This document shows, one piece after another, positions 15,756 to 24,073 of a stretch of 24,073 nucleotides of DNA. The notes below the pieces were generated by a model. It searched no databases, was not told the origin of the DNA, and saw nothing but the letters and a program-made list of their open reading frames with translations. Where the stretch lies: assembly GCA_038523235.1 (NCBI GenBank), contig JBCBJQ010000092.1:1-24073 (forward strand), in the 5' to 3' direction. Numbering within the stretch: the stretch's first letter is position 1; every line of letters begins with the position of its first letter. This DNA is from Cyanobacteria bacterium J06626_4 (GTDB taxonomy: Bacteria; Cyanobacteriota; Cyanobacteriia; Phormidesmidales; Phormidesmidaceae). The translations under genes were made by a program, and so were the position numbers.

Positions 15756-18700
15756 ATGCCATCTCCTGTCAGCGTCACTTCGAGCCCGCTCTCTAACCTG
15801 CCCGGTTATACCTTGAGCGAGGTTCTGCACCAGACAGCGCAGACGGTTGTATATCGGGCAGTGCAAACAACGCCGCAGCGCCCAGTCGTGATTAAAGCTT
15901 TACGACATGATTACCCGAGCTTTAGGGCGCTCGCGCAATTTCGCAATCAGTATGTGATTGCCAAAAACTTGGCTATTTCAGGAGTGGTGCGCCCTCTGAG
16001 CTTAGAACCGCTCGGTCACGGCTATGCCTTAGTCATGCCAGACGAAGGCGGGATATCACTAGAAGCGTATGCTCAGCAGCGATGGTCCCTTGGAACCAGT
16101 CTTCGACTATCGCTACCATGGCCCGAAATCCTACAGATAGCTTTACAGCTCACCGATATTCTTCACGGGCTGTACCAGCATCGGGTCATCCACAAAGATA
16201 TCAAACCGGCTAATGTCTTAATTCACCCGACGTCTAAAGCGATTCAGCTGATTGACTTCAGCATTGCGTCTTTGCTCCCCAAAGAAACCCAGGAACTCCA
16301 GAGCCCTAACCGCCTGGAAGGCACTTTGGCCTATCTGGCTCCCGAACAAACAGGCAGAATGAACCGGGGCATTGATTATCGCGCCGACTATTACGCGCTG
16401 GGATGCACTCTCTATCAACTCCTTACAGGGCGCTTGCCGTTTGAGGCGGATGATCCTTTGGAACTCGTGCATTGTCACATCGCGAAAGTAGCCACCCCCG
16501 TCCATCAGATCAATCCGATGGTACCCCAGCAACTCAGCGCTGTTGTCGCCAAACTGATGGCCAAGAATGCTGAAGCCCGCTATCAGAGTGCGCTGGGCTT
16601 GAAGCACGATCTGGAACAGTGCTTGACTCAGTGGGAGACCACTGGAGCCATTGCCACCTTCGACCTAGGACAGCGGGATGAATGCGATCGCTTCACTATT
16701 CACGAAAAGCTGTACGGTCGGGCCACCGAGGTCCAGGCATTATTGAGCGCCTTCGACCGCATCTCTATCCGTGAGGCGGATGGCATAGCCGCGCCGCCAT
16801 GCGAACTCATGCTCATCGCGGGCTTTTCGGGTATTGGTAAAACCGCTGTGGTGAATGAAGTCCACAAACCCATCACGCGCCAAAGCGGGTATTTCATCAA
16901 GGGCAAGTTTGACCAACTCAACAGCAATATTCCATTTTCTGCCTTTGCCCAGGCGCTGCAAGACTTGATGGGGCAACTGCTCTCGGAGTCAGATACTCAA
17001 CTCGCGCAATGGCGTACAGAAATTCTGGCGGCAGTGGGAGAAAACGGCCAAGTTTTGATTGACTTGGTGCCCACCCTCGAACAAGTCATTGGCCCCCAAC
17101 CGCCGGCTTTAGAGCTATCAGGTCCAGCGGCCCAAAAGCGCTTTGATCGACTATTGCAAAACCTGTTTGCGGTACTCACAAAGGCAGAGCACCCACTGGT
17201 GATGTTTTTAGATGATTTGCAGTGGGCGGATACCGCTTCACTGCAGCTCGTCAAGATACTAATGAATAGCGACAGGCATTTACTCCTGATCGGGGCTTAT
17301 CGCGACAACGAGGTTTCACTGACCCATCCATTAGCCGCAGTTGTTGAGGAACTGCAAAAAAGCGGCAAAGCCGTCAATACTTTAATCCTTTCCCCCCTCA
17401 GCCTGAGCGATACCGAACAGCTCATTGCCGAAACGCTCCGTTGTTCAAGAGAGCGATCGCGTCTACTAGCTCAGTTCGTTCACCGCAAAACCCAGGGCAA
17501 CCCCTTCTTCATGACTCGGCTGCTCAAATCGCTGCACGCAGATGGTTTTATCCAGTTTGATCGACAGCAAGGAGGTTGGGCATGCGATGTCACCCAAATC
17601 ACCGGGCCGCATCTGCACGACGATGTGGTGGAGTTCATTGCTCAACAGCTGCAAAAGCTGCCCCTGCCCACCCAACAGGTGCTGAAGCTCGCCGCTTGTC
17701 TGGGCAATCAGTTTGACTTGGCCACTTTGGCCCTCATTTCTGAACAATCAGCAACAGCAACAGCCGCTAACTTATGGCCCGCTTTGCAAGACGAGCTTGT
17801 TCTGCCGATGGATGAAGCTTACAAATTTTTTCAAGATGATGCAGCAATCCCCCCTGACGACTCCGGTGCAGTTTTCTATAAATTTCTGCACGATCGCATC
17901 CAGCAAACGGCCTATTCTTTACTGACTGCGGCTGAAAGACCTCACACTCATTTGAGCATTGGACGACTCATGCTGAAGCAGTTGTCGCCGCCGGAATTAG
18001 AGCATCGTTTATTCGACATTGCCAACAATATCAGCCTTGGCAAAGCGTTGGTGATTGATCCGAGCGAGCAGTCTCAATCAGGTCAACTACTATTAAAGGC
18101 GGCCTGTAAAGCGAGAAAGGCAATTGCTTATCCGATTGCCAGCCAATATTGCCAAGCGGGCATTGATCTGCTCGGATCAAAAGCCTGGCAGCAGCAGCGG
18201 GCATTGATTCAAGAACTGTATGAAGTCGGTGCTGAAGTTGCCTATCTCAATAGCGATTTCGAACGATCAGCAGCCCTAATAGCGGTAGTTTTAGAGCAAG
18301 CCCATACAGTTTTAGAAAAAATCCACAGCTATAGAATTAAGATTCTCGCTGACATCATTCAAAATAAAGCAACAGAGGCCTTAGAGACTGGGCTTGAAAT
18401 TTTATCTGAACTTCAGGTCAACTTTCCAACAGAGCCTGGATTAATTGCAACTCTATTAGGGTTTCTCAAGACTAAGGTCCTGTTAGGAAGGTGTCCTGTT
18501 AGTTCCTTGGCGGATGCCCCGATTATGCAGGATGCCACGGCAAAAGCGAGAAGCATCATCCTCAAAGCTATTCTTCCAGCCGCTTATATCAGTGCACCTA
18601 GTCTTTATCCGCTATTGATTTTCAAACAAATCGAATTGCTTTTAAGGTATGGCAATAACGATGCAGCACCGTCAGCCTACGGTTCATATGGCGTAATTCT

Positions 18701-21700
18701 GAGTAGCTTTTTAGGTGACATTGAAACCGGTCACCAATTTGGGGATCTCGCCCTCAAGCTCATGGAAAACCCGGCTGTAATTCAGGGAGTTGAAGCCGGA
18801 ATTATTTTTACTACTTATGTGCTGAACAAACCTTGGAAGCATCATCTTCAGGAGAGTTCAGCTTTTTTGCTCCGCAATTATCATCAAGCGTTAGAAACGG
18901 GAGAGCATGAGTATGCTGCTTGGTCGATTTTTACGTATCTAAGAAATAGTCGCTCAATCGGCAGGGAGCTGACCGAAAATGCCCAGCAGCACCTTACCTA
19001 CATCCAGGCTCTAGAAACGACTCAAAAGAGTGCAGTGCTGGATTATGGCTATCCCAGCTATCGGTTTACTTTGAGGCTACTAGATGACAGTGAAACCTTA
19101 GCCGAACTCGATAATCAAGGGCTGAGTCACGACAGCCTACTCGCGGCCTTGACGGCGGCTGACGATCGCTCAGGGTTATGTGCCTTCTACCTCTACGAAC
19201 TGATGTTTGCCTATGGGCTAGAGGATTGGGAAGGTGCACTGGCCGCGATTCCGAAGTGCCAGACCTATCTAGATGGGATCATCGGATTTTATGAAGTGCA
19301 GCAATATTGGTGGTTTGCGATATTGACCTGGTTGGCGGTCTATCCTCAATCAACGAAGCAAAAGCAGCTGCGCCAACAGATTCAGCAGGGTCGCAAAAAG
19401 CTGAGGAAATGGGCCAACCATGCGCCGATGAACACGCTGCACAAGTTGCATTTAGTGGAAGCAGAACGTTATCGCGTCTTGCAGAAACCCGTAATCGCCA
19501 CCGATTTCTACGAGCGCGCCATCGCTGGCGCTAAGGACAACGGCTATATTCAGGAAGCGGCTCTGGCTAATGAACTCGCCGCCAAATTTTATCTGAACTG
19601 GGGCAAAGAAAAAGCCGCTGCTGGCTACCTGCAGGCCGCCTATTATGGCTATGCCCATTGGGGTGCTAAAGCAAAAACTCAAGATTTAGAACACCGCTAC
19701 CCCCACCTGCTACAGCTCGCGTCTCAGCAAACCATGGTGAATCCATTGGAAACACTGGAAATGATTGCGACGTCCCATATTTCGCCACGAGCAACCACAA
19801 ACCGAGATGCGATCTCTGACCAGCAACTTAGTCATTTGGAGAACGGCCTCGATTTTGCAACCCTAATTAAAACCTCGCAAGCGTTGTCCCAAGCTTTTCA
19901 GTTAGATGACCTCTTAAGCCAATTGACACACATCATGCTGCAGGCTTCTGGGGGCGATCGCTGCGTTCTCATCCTGCACGACCATCAAGACTCTTGGCCG
20001 GTCAGGGCGATCTCGACCCTTGAGCAGATTGACCTTTGCAACATGCCGTTTGAAGACTGCCCTGACGTCCCAGTCAAACTGATTCAGTACGTCAAAAACC
20101 TCCGAGAGGTGGTAGTGATTGACGACCAAAAAACCGATTTGCCTGTGATGGATCAGTGGCTAAACCAGCAGCAGCCCAAAAGCGTTTTGGGGCTCCCAAT
20201 TCTCAATCAGGGGCGCTTGATGGGCATTTTGCAGCTGAGTCATCAATCAGCTAGCGGGGTGTTTACCTACGATCGCATCCTGATGGTCAACTTTTTGTGT
20301 ACCCAAGCAGCAATTGCCCTCGAAAACGCCCACCTCTATCACACTTTAGAAAAGTATTCTCAAACCCTAGAAGCTAGAGTCGCAGAACGAACGACCGCTC
20401 TGCAAAGCAGTGAAGAACGTCTCCGCCTGGCCCTTAGGGCAGCCAACCAGGGCCTTTACGATGTGAATCTGCAAACCGATGAGGCCGAGGTCAGTCCCGA
20501 ATATGCGCTGATGTTGGGGTACAACTCAGGGACGTTTCAGGAAAATATTCCCGCTTGGCAAGCCCGCCTGCATCCCGATGATGTCAACCGCACGAGTCAG
20601 GCTTACCAAGCCTATAAAGCAGGTAAAACCGCTCAATATAAAGTCGAGTTTCGCTTACGCACCCAGTTCGGCGGTTGGAAGTGGATTCTCTCGATGGGGC
20701 AGTTCACAGAATGGGATGAGGCTGGGCAACCGACCCGCCTATTAGGCACTCACACCGACATTAGCGATCGCAAATTTGCCGAAATTCAGCTAGCAGCCCA
20801 AAACACCCTGTTAGCAAAAATCGCTCAAGGTCAGCCGTTGACGAACGTGCTGCATACTCTGATTGAGACAGTGGAACATAACCTAGATGGAGTGCTCTGT
20901 TCAGTCTTGTTGCTTGACCAAGACGATCGGTTTCGGCCGGGGGCAGCCCCGAGCTTGCCTAGCGATTACAGCCAGGCGCTGGAAGGTCTGCAGATTGGAG
21001 AAGGTGTGGGGTCTTGTGGCACTGCGGCTTTTCGCAACGAGACCGTGATTGTGGCCGATATTGCCACTGATCCGCTCTGGTGTCCTTACACCGATTTGGC
21101 TTTGAGCTACGGATTAAGGGCCTGTTGGTCGAGTCCGATTACAGCTCGAGGCGGTGCGGTGCTTGGCACCTTTGCCATGTATTACCGCCAGGTGAGATCG
21201 CCCCAACCCCAGGAATTACAGACCATTACGCAAATGGCCTATATTGCCGGTATCGCGATCGAACGACATCAGGCTGAGACCAAACTTCGCCAAAGCGAAG
21301 CAACTTTGCTCCGGGCTCAGCAGGTCGCCCATGTCGGGAACTGGGAATTGGATCTCACAAGTCAAACGCTGACTTGGTCACCCGAAATGTTCCGCCTCTA
21401 TGGGTTAGACCCCAGCACCTCGGCACCTGCTTACGAGGAATATCTGCAGCTACTGCCAGAGCATGTGCGCAGCCGCTTGCAACAGTGCGCCGAAGGGGCG
21501 ATCGCGGATAGTGATGTCCACACGATGGAATATAACCGCTCTCAAGCCGATGGCTCTTGGGGCTACTATGAGTGGCGGGCCGAGATCGAGCGAGATGCTG
21601 AGGGTCAGGCGCTGCAACTGTTTGGGACAACGCTTGATATCACTGATCGCAAACGCACTGAAATCGCCCTGCAAAATCTCATTGCCGGCACGGCAGCTAC

Positions 21701-23429
21701 CACCGGGCAAGACTTTTTTCCCGCACTGGTGCAGCATATCGCCCAAGCTTTAGAAGTTGACTATGCTGTCATCACGCAAAAAGAGGGTCAGCAACTGAAG
21801 ACGATCGCGTTTTGGGCCGATGGCAATCTATTGCCCGAATACACCTATCCGCTGATTCAGACCCCCTGTGAGCAGGTGTTTATCAGTGGCGAGTTTGTGT
21901 GTGAGCGCAATGTTCAGCAAGCTTTTCCTCATGACCTCGACCTCATCGAACTAGAGGCAGAAAGCTATCTCGGGGTGGTATTGCCCGCTTCTCAGGGATC
22001 AGCTCTGGGACATTTGTTTATTCTCCATAAACAACCCATTGCCAACTTGCAGTTCGCCAAGCAAATTCTCCACGTCTTTGCCGCCCGTGCCGCTGCCGAG
22101 CTCGAACGCCAGCAAACTCAAGCCCTGATGACCCACAATGCTTTGCATGATCCGCTAACGGGATTACCCAATCGCACCTTGTTGTCTGATCGGCTCGAAC
22201 TCGCGGTTCAACGCGCCCAACGACAGGACAACTACCGCTACGCCGTGGTGTTTCTAGATCTCGATCGCTTCAAAGTGATCAACGACAGCCTTGGTCATGT
22301 CGTGGGTGATCAACTCTTAATGGCGATCGCCCAGCGGTTAAAAACTCATTTGCGGCAGATTGACTTGGTGGCTCGGCTCGGCGGCGATGAGTTTTTGATT
22401 TTGCTAGAAGACATTACCAGTACCGAAGAAATCACTCACATTGCCGAGCGAATTTTGACGGACTGCCAAACCCCCATCACGATTAACAATCATCAAATTT
22501 TTACCAGCTTCAGCATTGGCATCGTCATGGGCAACCACGCCTATCAACATGCTGCCGAACTCATTCGCGACGCTGATATTGCCATGTATCAAGCCAAGTC
22601 TCAGGGACAGAATTCCTATCGGTTCTTTGATACGGTCATGCACACCGAAGTGCTCAGCCGTCTGACCTTGGAAACAGAACTCCGCAAAGCGCTTGACCAG
22701 CAGGAGCTGACCATCCACTATCAGCCGATTATGAGTCTGCCTCACCAGCGCCTCGTCGGCTTTGAGGCGCTGGTGCGCTGGCAGCATCCCACCCGGGGGC
22801 TGATTGGGCCTGATGAGTTTATTCCGGTGGCTGAGGAAACCGAATTAATCACGCAGATTGATAGTTGGGTACTCAAGCAAGCTTGCCAACAGTTGGCCGA
22901 TTGGCAACATCAATTTACTGATTGCGCTGATCTCAAAATTAGCGTTAACCTCTCTGCCCAAGATTTGTACAAGGCCAATTTGCTGAAAGAAATCGATCAG
23001 GTTTTAGAGCATACGGGGCTATCGGGGCAGGCCATCTCACTAGAGATTACCGAGAGCACTCTGATTAAAGAGTTTAGTCAAACCATTGATTTGCTCATGC
23101 AGCTGACCACTAGAGGGGTGCAGATCAGTATTGATGATTTCGGGACTGGCTATTCTTCCCTCAGTTATCTACATCGTTTGCCGGTCAATAATTTGAAAGT
23201 AGACCGCTCATTTGTGAGTCAGATGGAATCAGAACCCCGCAATTATCAGGTGGTGAGCACCATTATGACGCTTAGTCAGCAGCTCGGGCTGACAGCGATC
23301 GCTGAAGGCATTGAAACCTCCCAGCAATTACAGCAGTTGCAAGCCTTGGGCTGCCAACTGGGTCAGGGCTACTTGTTCGCGAAACCGTTAACAGCCTTTG
23401 AAATCGAAACTCTTTTTCTTCGCAAGTAA
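15756..23429 (+). CDS. Giant multidomain signalling protein: Ser/Thr kinase - AAA/STAND ATPase - helical repeats - GAF - PAS - GAF - PAS - GAF - GGDEF - EAL
   Basis: HKDIKPAN (16191), DFS, APEQTGRMNR; Walker A GFSGIGKT (16821), LDDLQWAD, GNPF, FLHDRIQQ; PAS HPDD...DISDRK; GAF GSCGTAA; HDPLTGLPNR, DLDRFKVIND, RLGGDEF (22380), EALVRW (22764), DDFGTGYSSL, AEGIE. Confidence 0.95.
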   Translation: MPSPVSVTSSPLSNLPGYTLSEVLHQTAQTVVYRAVQTTPQRPVVIKALRHDYPSFRALAQFRNQYVIAKNLAISGVVRPLSLEPLGHGYALVMPDEGGISLEAYAQQRWSLGTSLRLSLPWPEILQIALQLTDILHGLYQHRVIHKDIKPANVLIHPTSKAIQLIDFSIASLLPKETQELQSPNRLEGTLAYLAPEQTGRMNRGIDYRADYYALGCTLYQLLTGRLPFEADDPLELVHCHIAKVATPVHQINPMVPQQLSAVVAKLMAKNAEARYQSALGLKHDLEQCLTQWETTGAIATFDLGQRDECDRFTIHEKLYGRATEVQALLSAFDRISIREADGIAAPPCELMLIAGFSGIGKTAVVNEVHKPITRQSGYFIKGKFDQLNSNIPFSAFAQALQDLMGQLLSESDTQLAQWRTEILAAVGENGQVLIDLVPTLEQVIGPQPPALELSGPAAQKRFDRLLQNLFAVLTKAEHPLVMFLDDLQWADTASLQLVKILMNSDRHLLLIGAYRDNEVSLTHPLAAVVEELQKSGKAVNTLILSPLSLSDTEQLIAETLRCSRERSRLLAQFVHRKTQGNPFFMTRLLKSLHADGFIQFDRQQGGWACDVTQITGPHLHDDVVEFIAQQLQKLPLPTQQVLKLAACLGNQFDLATLALISEQSATATAANLWPALQDELVLPMDEAYKFFQDDAAIPPDDSGAVFYKFLHDRIQQTAYSLLTAAERPHTHLSIGRLMLKQLSPPELEHRLFDIANNISLGKALVIDPSEQSQSGQLLLKAACKARKAIAYPIASQYCQAGIDLLGSKAWQQQRALIQELYEVGAEVAYLNSDFERSAALIAVVLEQAHTVLEKIHSYRIKILADIIQNKATEALETGLEILSELQVNFPTEPGLIATLLGFLKTKVLLGRCPVSSLADAPIMQDATAKARSIILKAILPAAYISAPSLYPLLIFKQIELLLRYGNNDAAPSAYGSYGVILSSFLGDIETGHQFGDLALKLMENPAVIQGVEAGIIFTTYVLNKPWKHHLQESSAFLLRNYHQALETGEHEYAAWSIFTYLRNSRSIGRELTENAQQHLTYIQALETTQKSAVLDYGYPSYRFTLRLLDDSETLAELDNQGLSHDSLLAALTAADDRSGLCAFYLYELMFAYGLEDWEGALAAIPKCQTYLDGIIGFYEVQQYWWFAILTWLAVYPQSTKQKQLRQQIQQGRKKLRKWANHAPMNTLHKLHLVEAERYRVLQKPVIATDFYERAIAGAKDNGYIQEAALANELAAKFYLNWGKEKAAAGYLQAAYYGYAHWGAKAKTQDLEHRYPHLLQLASQQTMVNPLETLEMIATSHISPRATTNRDAISDQQLSHLENGLDFATLIKTSQALSQAFQLDDLLSQLTHIMLQASGGDRCVLILHDHQDSWPVRAISTLEQIDLCNMPFEDCPDVPVKLIQYVKNLREVVVIDDQKTDLPVMDQWLNQQQPKSVLGLPILNQGRLMGILQLSHQSASGVFTYDRILMVNFLCTQAAIALENAHLYHTLEKYSQTLEARVAERTTALQSSEERLRLALRAANQGLYDVNLQTDEAEVSPEYALMLGYNSGTFQENIPAWQARLHPDDVNRTSQAYQAYKAGKTAQYKVEFRLRTQFGGWKWILSMGQFTEWDEAGQPTRLLGTHTDISDRKFAEIQLAAQNTLLAKIAQGQPLTNVLHTLIETVEHNLDGVLCSVLLLDQDDRFRPGAAPSLPSDYSQALEGLQIGEGVGSCGTAAFRNETVIVADIATDPLWCPYTDLALSYGLRACWSSPITARGGAVLGTFAMYYRQVRSPQPQELQTITQMAYIAGIAIERHQAETKLRQSEATLLRAQQVAHVGNWELDLTSQTLTWSPEMFRLYGLDPSTSAPAYEEYLQLLPEHVRSRLQQCAEGAIADSDVHTMEYNRSQADGSWGYYEWRAEIERDAEGQALQLFGTTLDITDRKRTEIALQNLIAGTAATTGQDFFPALVQHIAQALEVDYAVITQKEGQQLKTIAFWADGNLLPEYTYPLIQTPCEQVFISGEFVCERNVQQAFPHDLDLIELEAESYLGVVLPASQGSALGHLFILHKQPIANLQFAKQILHVFAARAAAELERQQTQALMTHNALHDPLTGLPNRTLLSDRLELAVQRAQRQDNYRYAVVFLDLDRFKVINDSLGHVVGDQLLMAIAQRLKTHLRQIDLVARLGGDEFLILLEDITSTEEITHIAERILTDCQTPITINNHQIFTSFSIGIVMGNHAYQHAAELIRDADIAMYQAKSQGQNSYRFFDTVMHTEVLSRLTLETELRKALDQQELTIHYQPIMSLPHQRLVGFEALVRWQHPTRGLIGPDEFIPVAEETELITQIDSWVLKQACQQLADWQHQFTDCADLKISVNLSAQDLYKANLLKEIDQVLEHTGLSGQAISLEITESTLIKEFSQTIDLLMQLTTRGVQISIDDFGTGYSSLSYLHRLPVNNLKVDRSFVSQMESEPRNYQVVSTIMTLSQQLGLTAIAEGIETSQQLQQLQALGCQLGQGYLFAKPLTAFEIETLFLRK

Positions 23430-23556
23430 GTAGGTAGCCATCAATAAACATTGCTGTCGGGGGCATTGTGGTAACAGCCCAACGTACTTCCATGGTTGGC
23501 TTTGGTGCGTCATGCTAGGCAATGATACACCCTACGATAATTAGGGCTTTTTACTT
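23428..23556. mobile_element. MITE-like repeat, copy 2
   Basis: AAGTAGGTAGCCATCAATAAACATTGCTGTCGGGGGC ... CACCCTACGATAATTAGGGCTTTTTACTT. The ends are imperfect inverted repeats of each other and match 13025-13138. Confidence 0.65.
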
Positions 23557-23645
23557 CTCAGAACTAAGTGCCCGAGTTTAGCAAGCACCATTTGTGGACA
23601 TTTCGCGCCACCCCATCCTGACCTTGATGACACGCTTTCGAGAAT

Positions 23646-24073
23646 TTACCGCGAGCCCTGCAGCTGGCTTGGTGACTTGACTTGGAGGGGCAGTTGATTC
23701 TGCGCTGCGGCCAACCGCCGCCGCTGCCAAGCCAACGAAGCCAACGCCAACGTCAACAACGCCGACGCCACCACCGTCCCCAACAGCACTAACGGCACCT
23801 GCGGCGACGACGGCTCACTCGCCTCCGACGGCTCACTCACCACCTGCACCGGCGGATACGAGCCAAACGCTTCCCCCGATAAACTGTTCAACCGCGTCAG
23901 ATGTGACGTAAACACCGCCTCAGCAATGTCCACATCGCGGTTCAACGCCGCCAGGGTCGACTCCTCCGCCGCTAAGCCCCGCAACCGCCCTTCCACCACC
24001 GTAATCTGCTCGTCCAAACTGCCCAACTGCGCCGCTAACCCCTCGTTGTCCACCCCCGCAATCAACGTCTCTT
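23646..24073 (-). CDS. GumC/Wzc-like polysaccharide chain-length determinant, C-terminal part (5' end outside window)
   Basis: The frame is open to the window edge; coiled coil LAALNRDVDIAEAVFTSHLTRL, YPPVQVVSEPSEASEPSSP, then a C-terminal TM helix. Confidence 0.8.
   Translation of the reverse strand, partial: ETLIAGVDNEGLAAQLGSLDEQITVVEGRLRGLAAEESTLAALNRDVDIAEAVFTSHLTRLNSLSGEAFGSYPPVQVVSEPSEASEPSSPQVPLVLLGTVVASALLTLALASLAWQRRRLAAAQNQLPLQVKSPSQLQGSR

Larger units (their letters stand above)
2011..23301. repeat. HIP1 octamer GCGATCGC, dispersed (>20 copies)
   Basis: Examples at 2011, 2934, 4024, 5041, 5686, 5717, 5774, 6564, 7450, 9716, 9765, 10302, 13931, 15157, 17453, 23294; under one copy is expected by chance in 24 kb. 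Confidence 0.92.

Noticed and set aside
16218..23493. Numerous 60-130 aa alternative-frame and antisense ORFs inside the giant gene (and similar ones inside other genes)
   Set aside because: Fully nested in well-supported CDSs and lacking recognisable motifs.
1..24073. CRISPR array, tRNA or rRNA
   Set aside because: No regularly spaced repeats or structural RNA signatures seen by eye.

Overview
Cyanobacterial chromosomal region: the HIP1 octamer GCGATCGC occurs more than 20 times by eye. It is an accessory-type mosaic. In order: an orphan SMI1/KNR4-like gene lacking a normal start codon; a GST with a divergent HxlR regulator; a GNAT; an M14-like peptidase; a plant-type threonine synthase carrying a 2-nt frameshift near its 3' end; a translationally coupled three-gene minus-strand operon (2-TM + arrestin-like domain protein, stand-alone arrestin-like protein, small P-loop ATPase); a membrane protein; two TetR modules with visible tandem operators (GNAT/alpha-beta hydrolase/SDR, and a thioesterase); a Ser/Thr kinase with a truncated ~93%-identical duplicate bounded by a MITE-like repeat and a HIP1 half-site; an IS5/IS1031 end remnant; a 2557-aa kinase-AAA-GAF-PAS-GGDEF-EAL protein; and the 3' end of a GumC/Wzc-like gene. 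The best candidate for an undescribed system is the arrestin-like pair + ATPase operon (5677-7408). All family calls come from motif recognition by eye, with no database searches.
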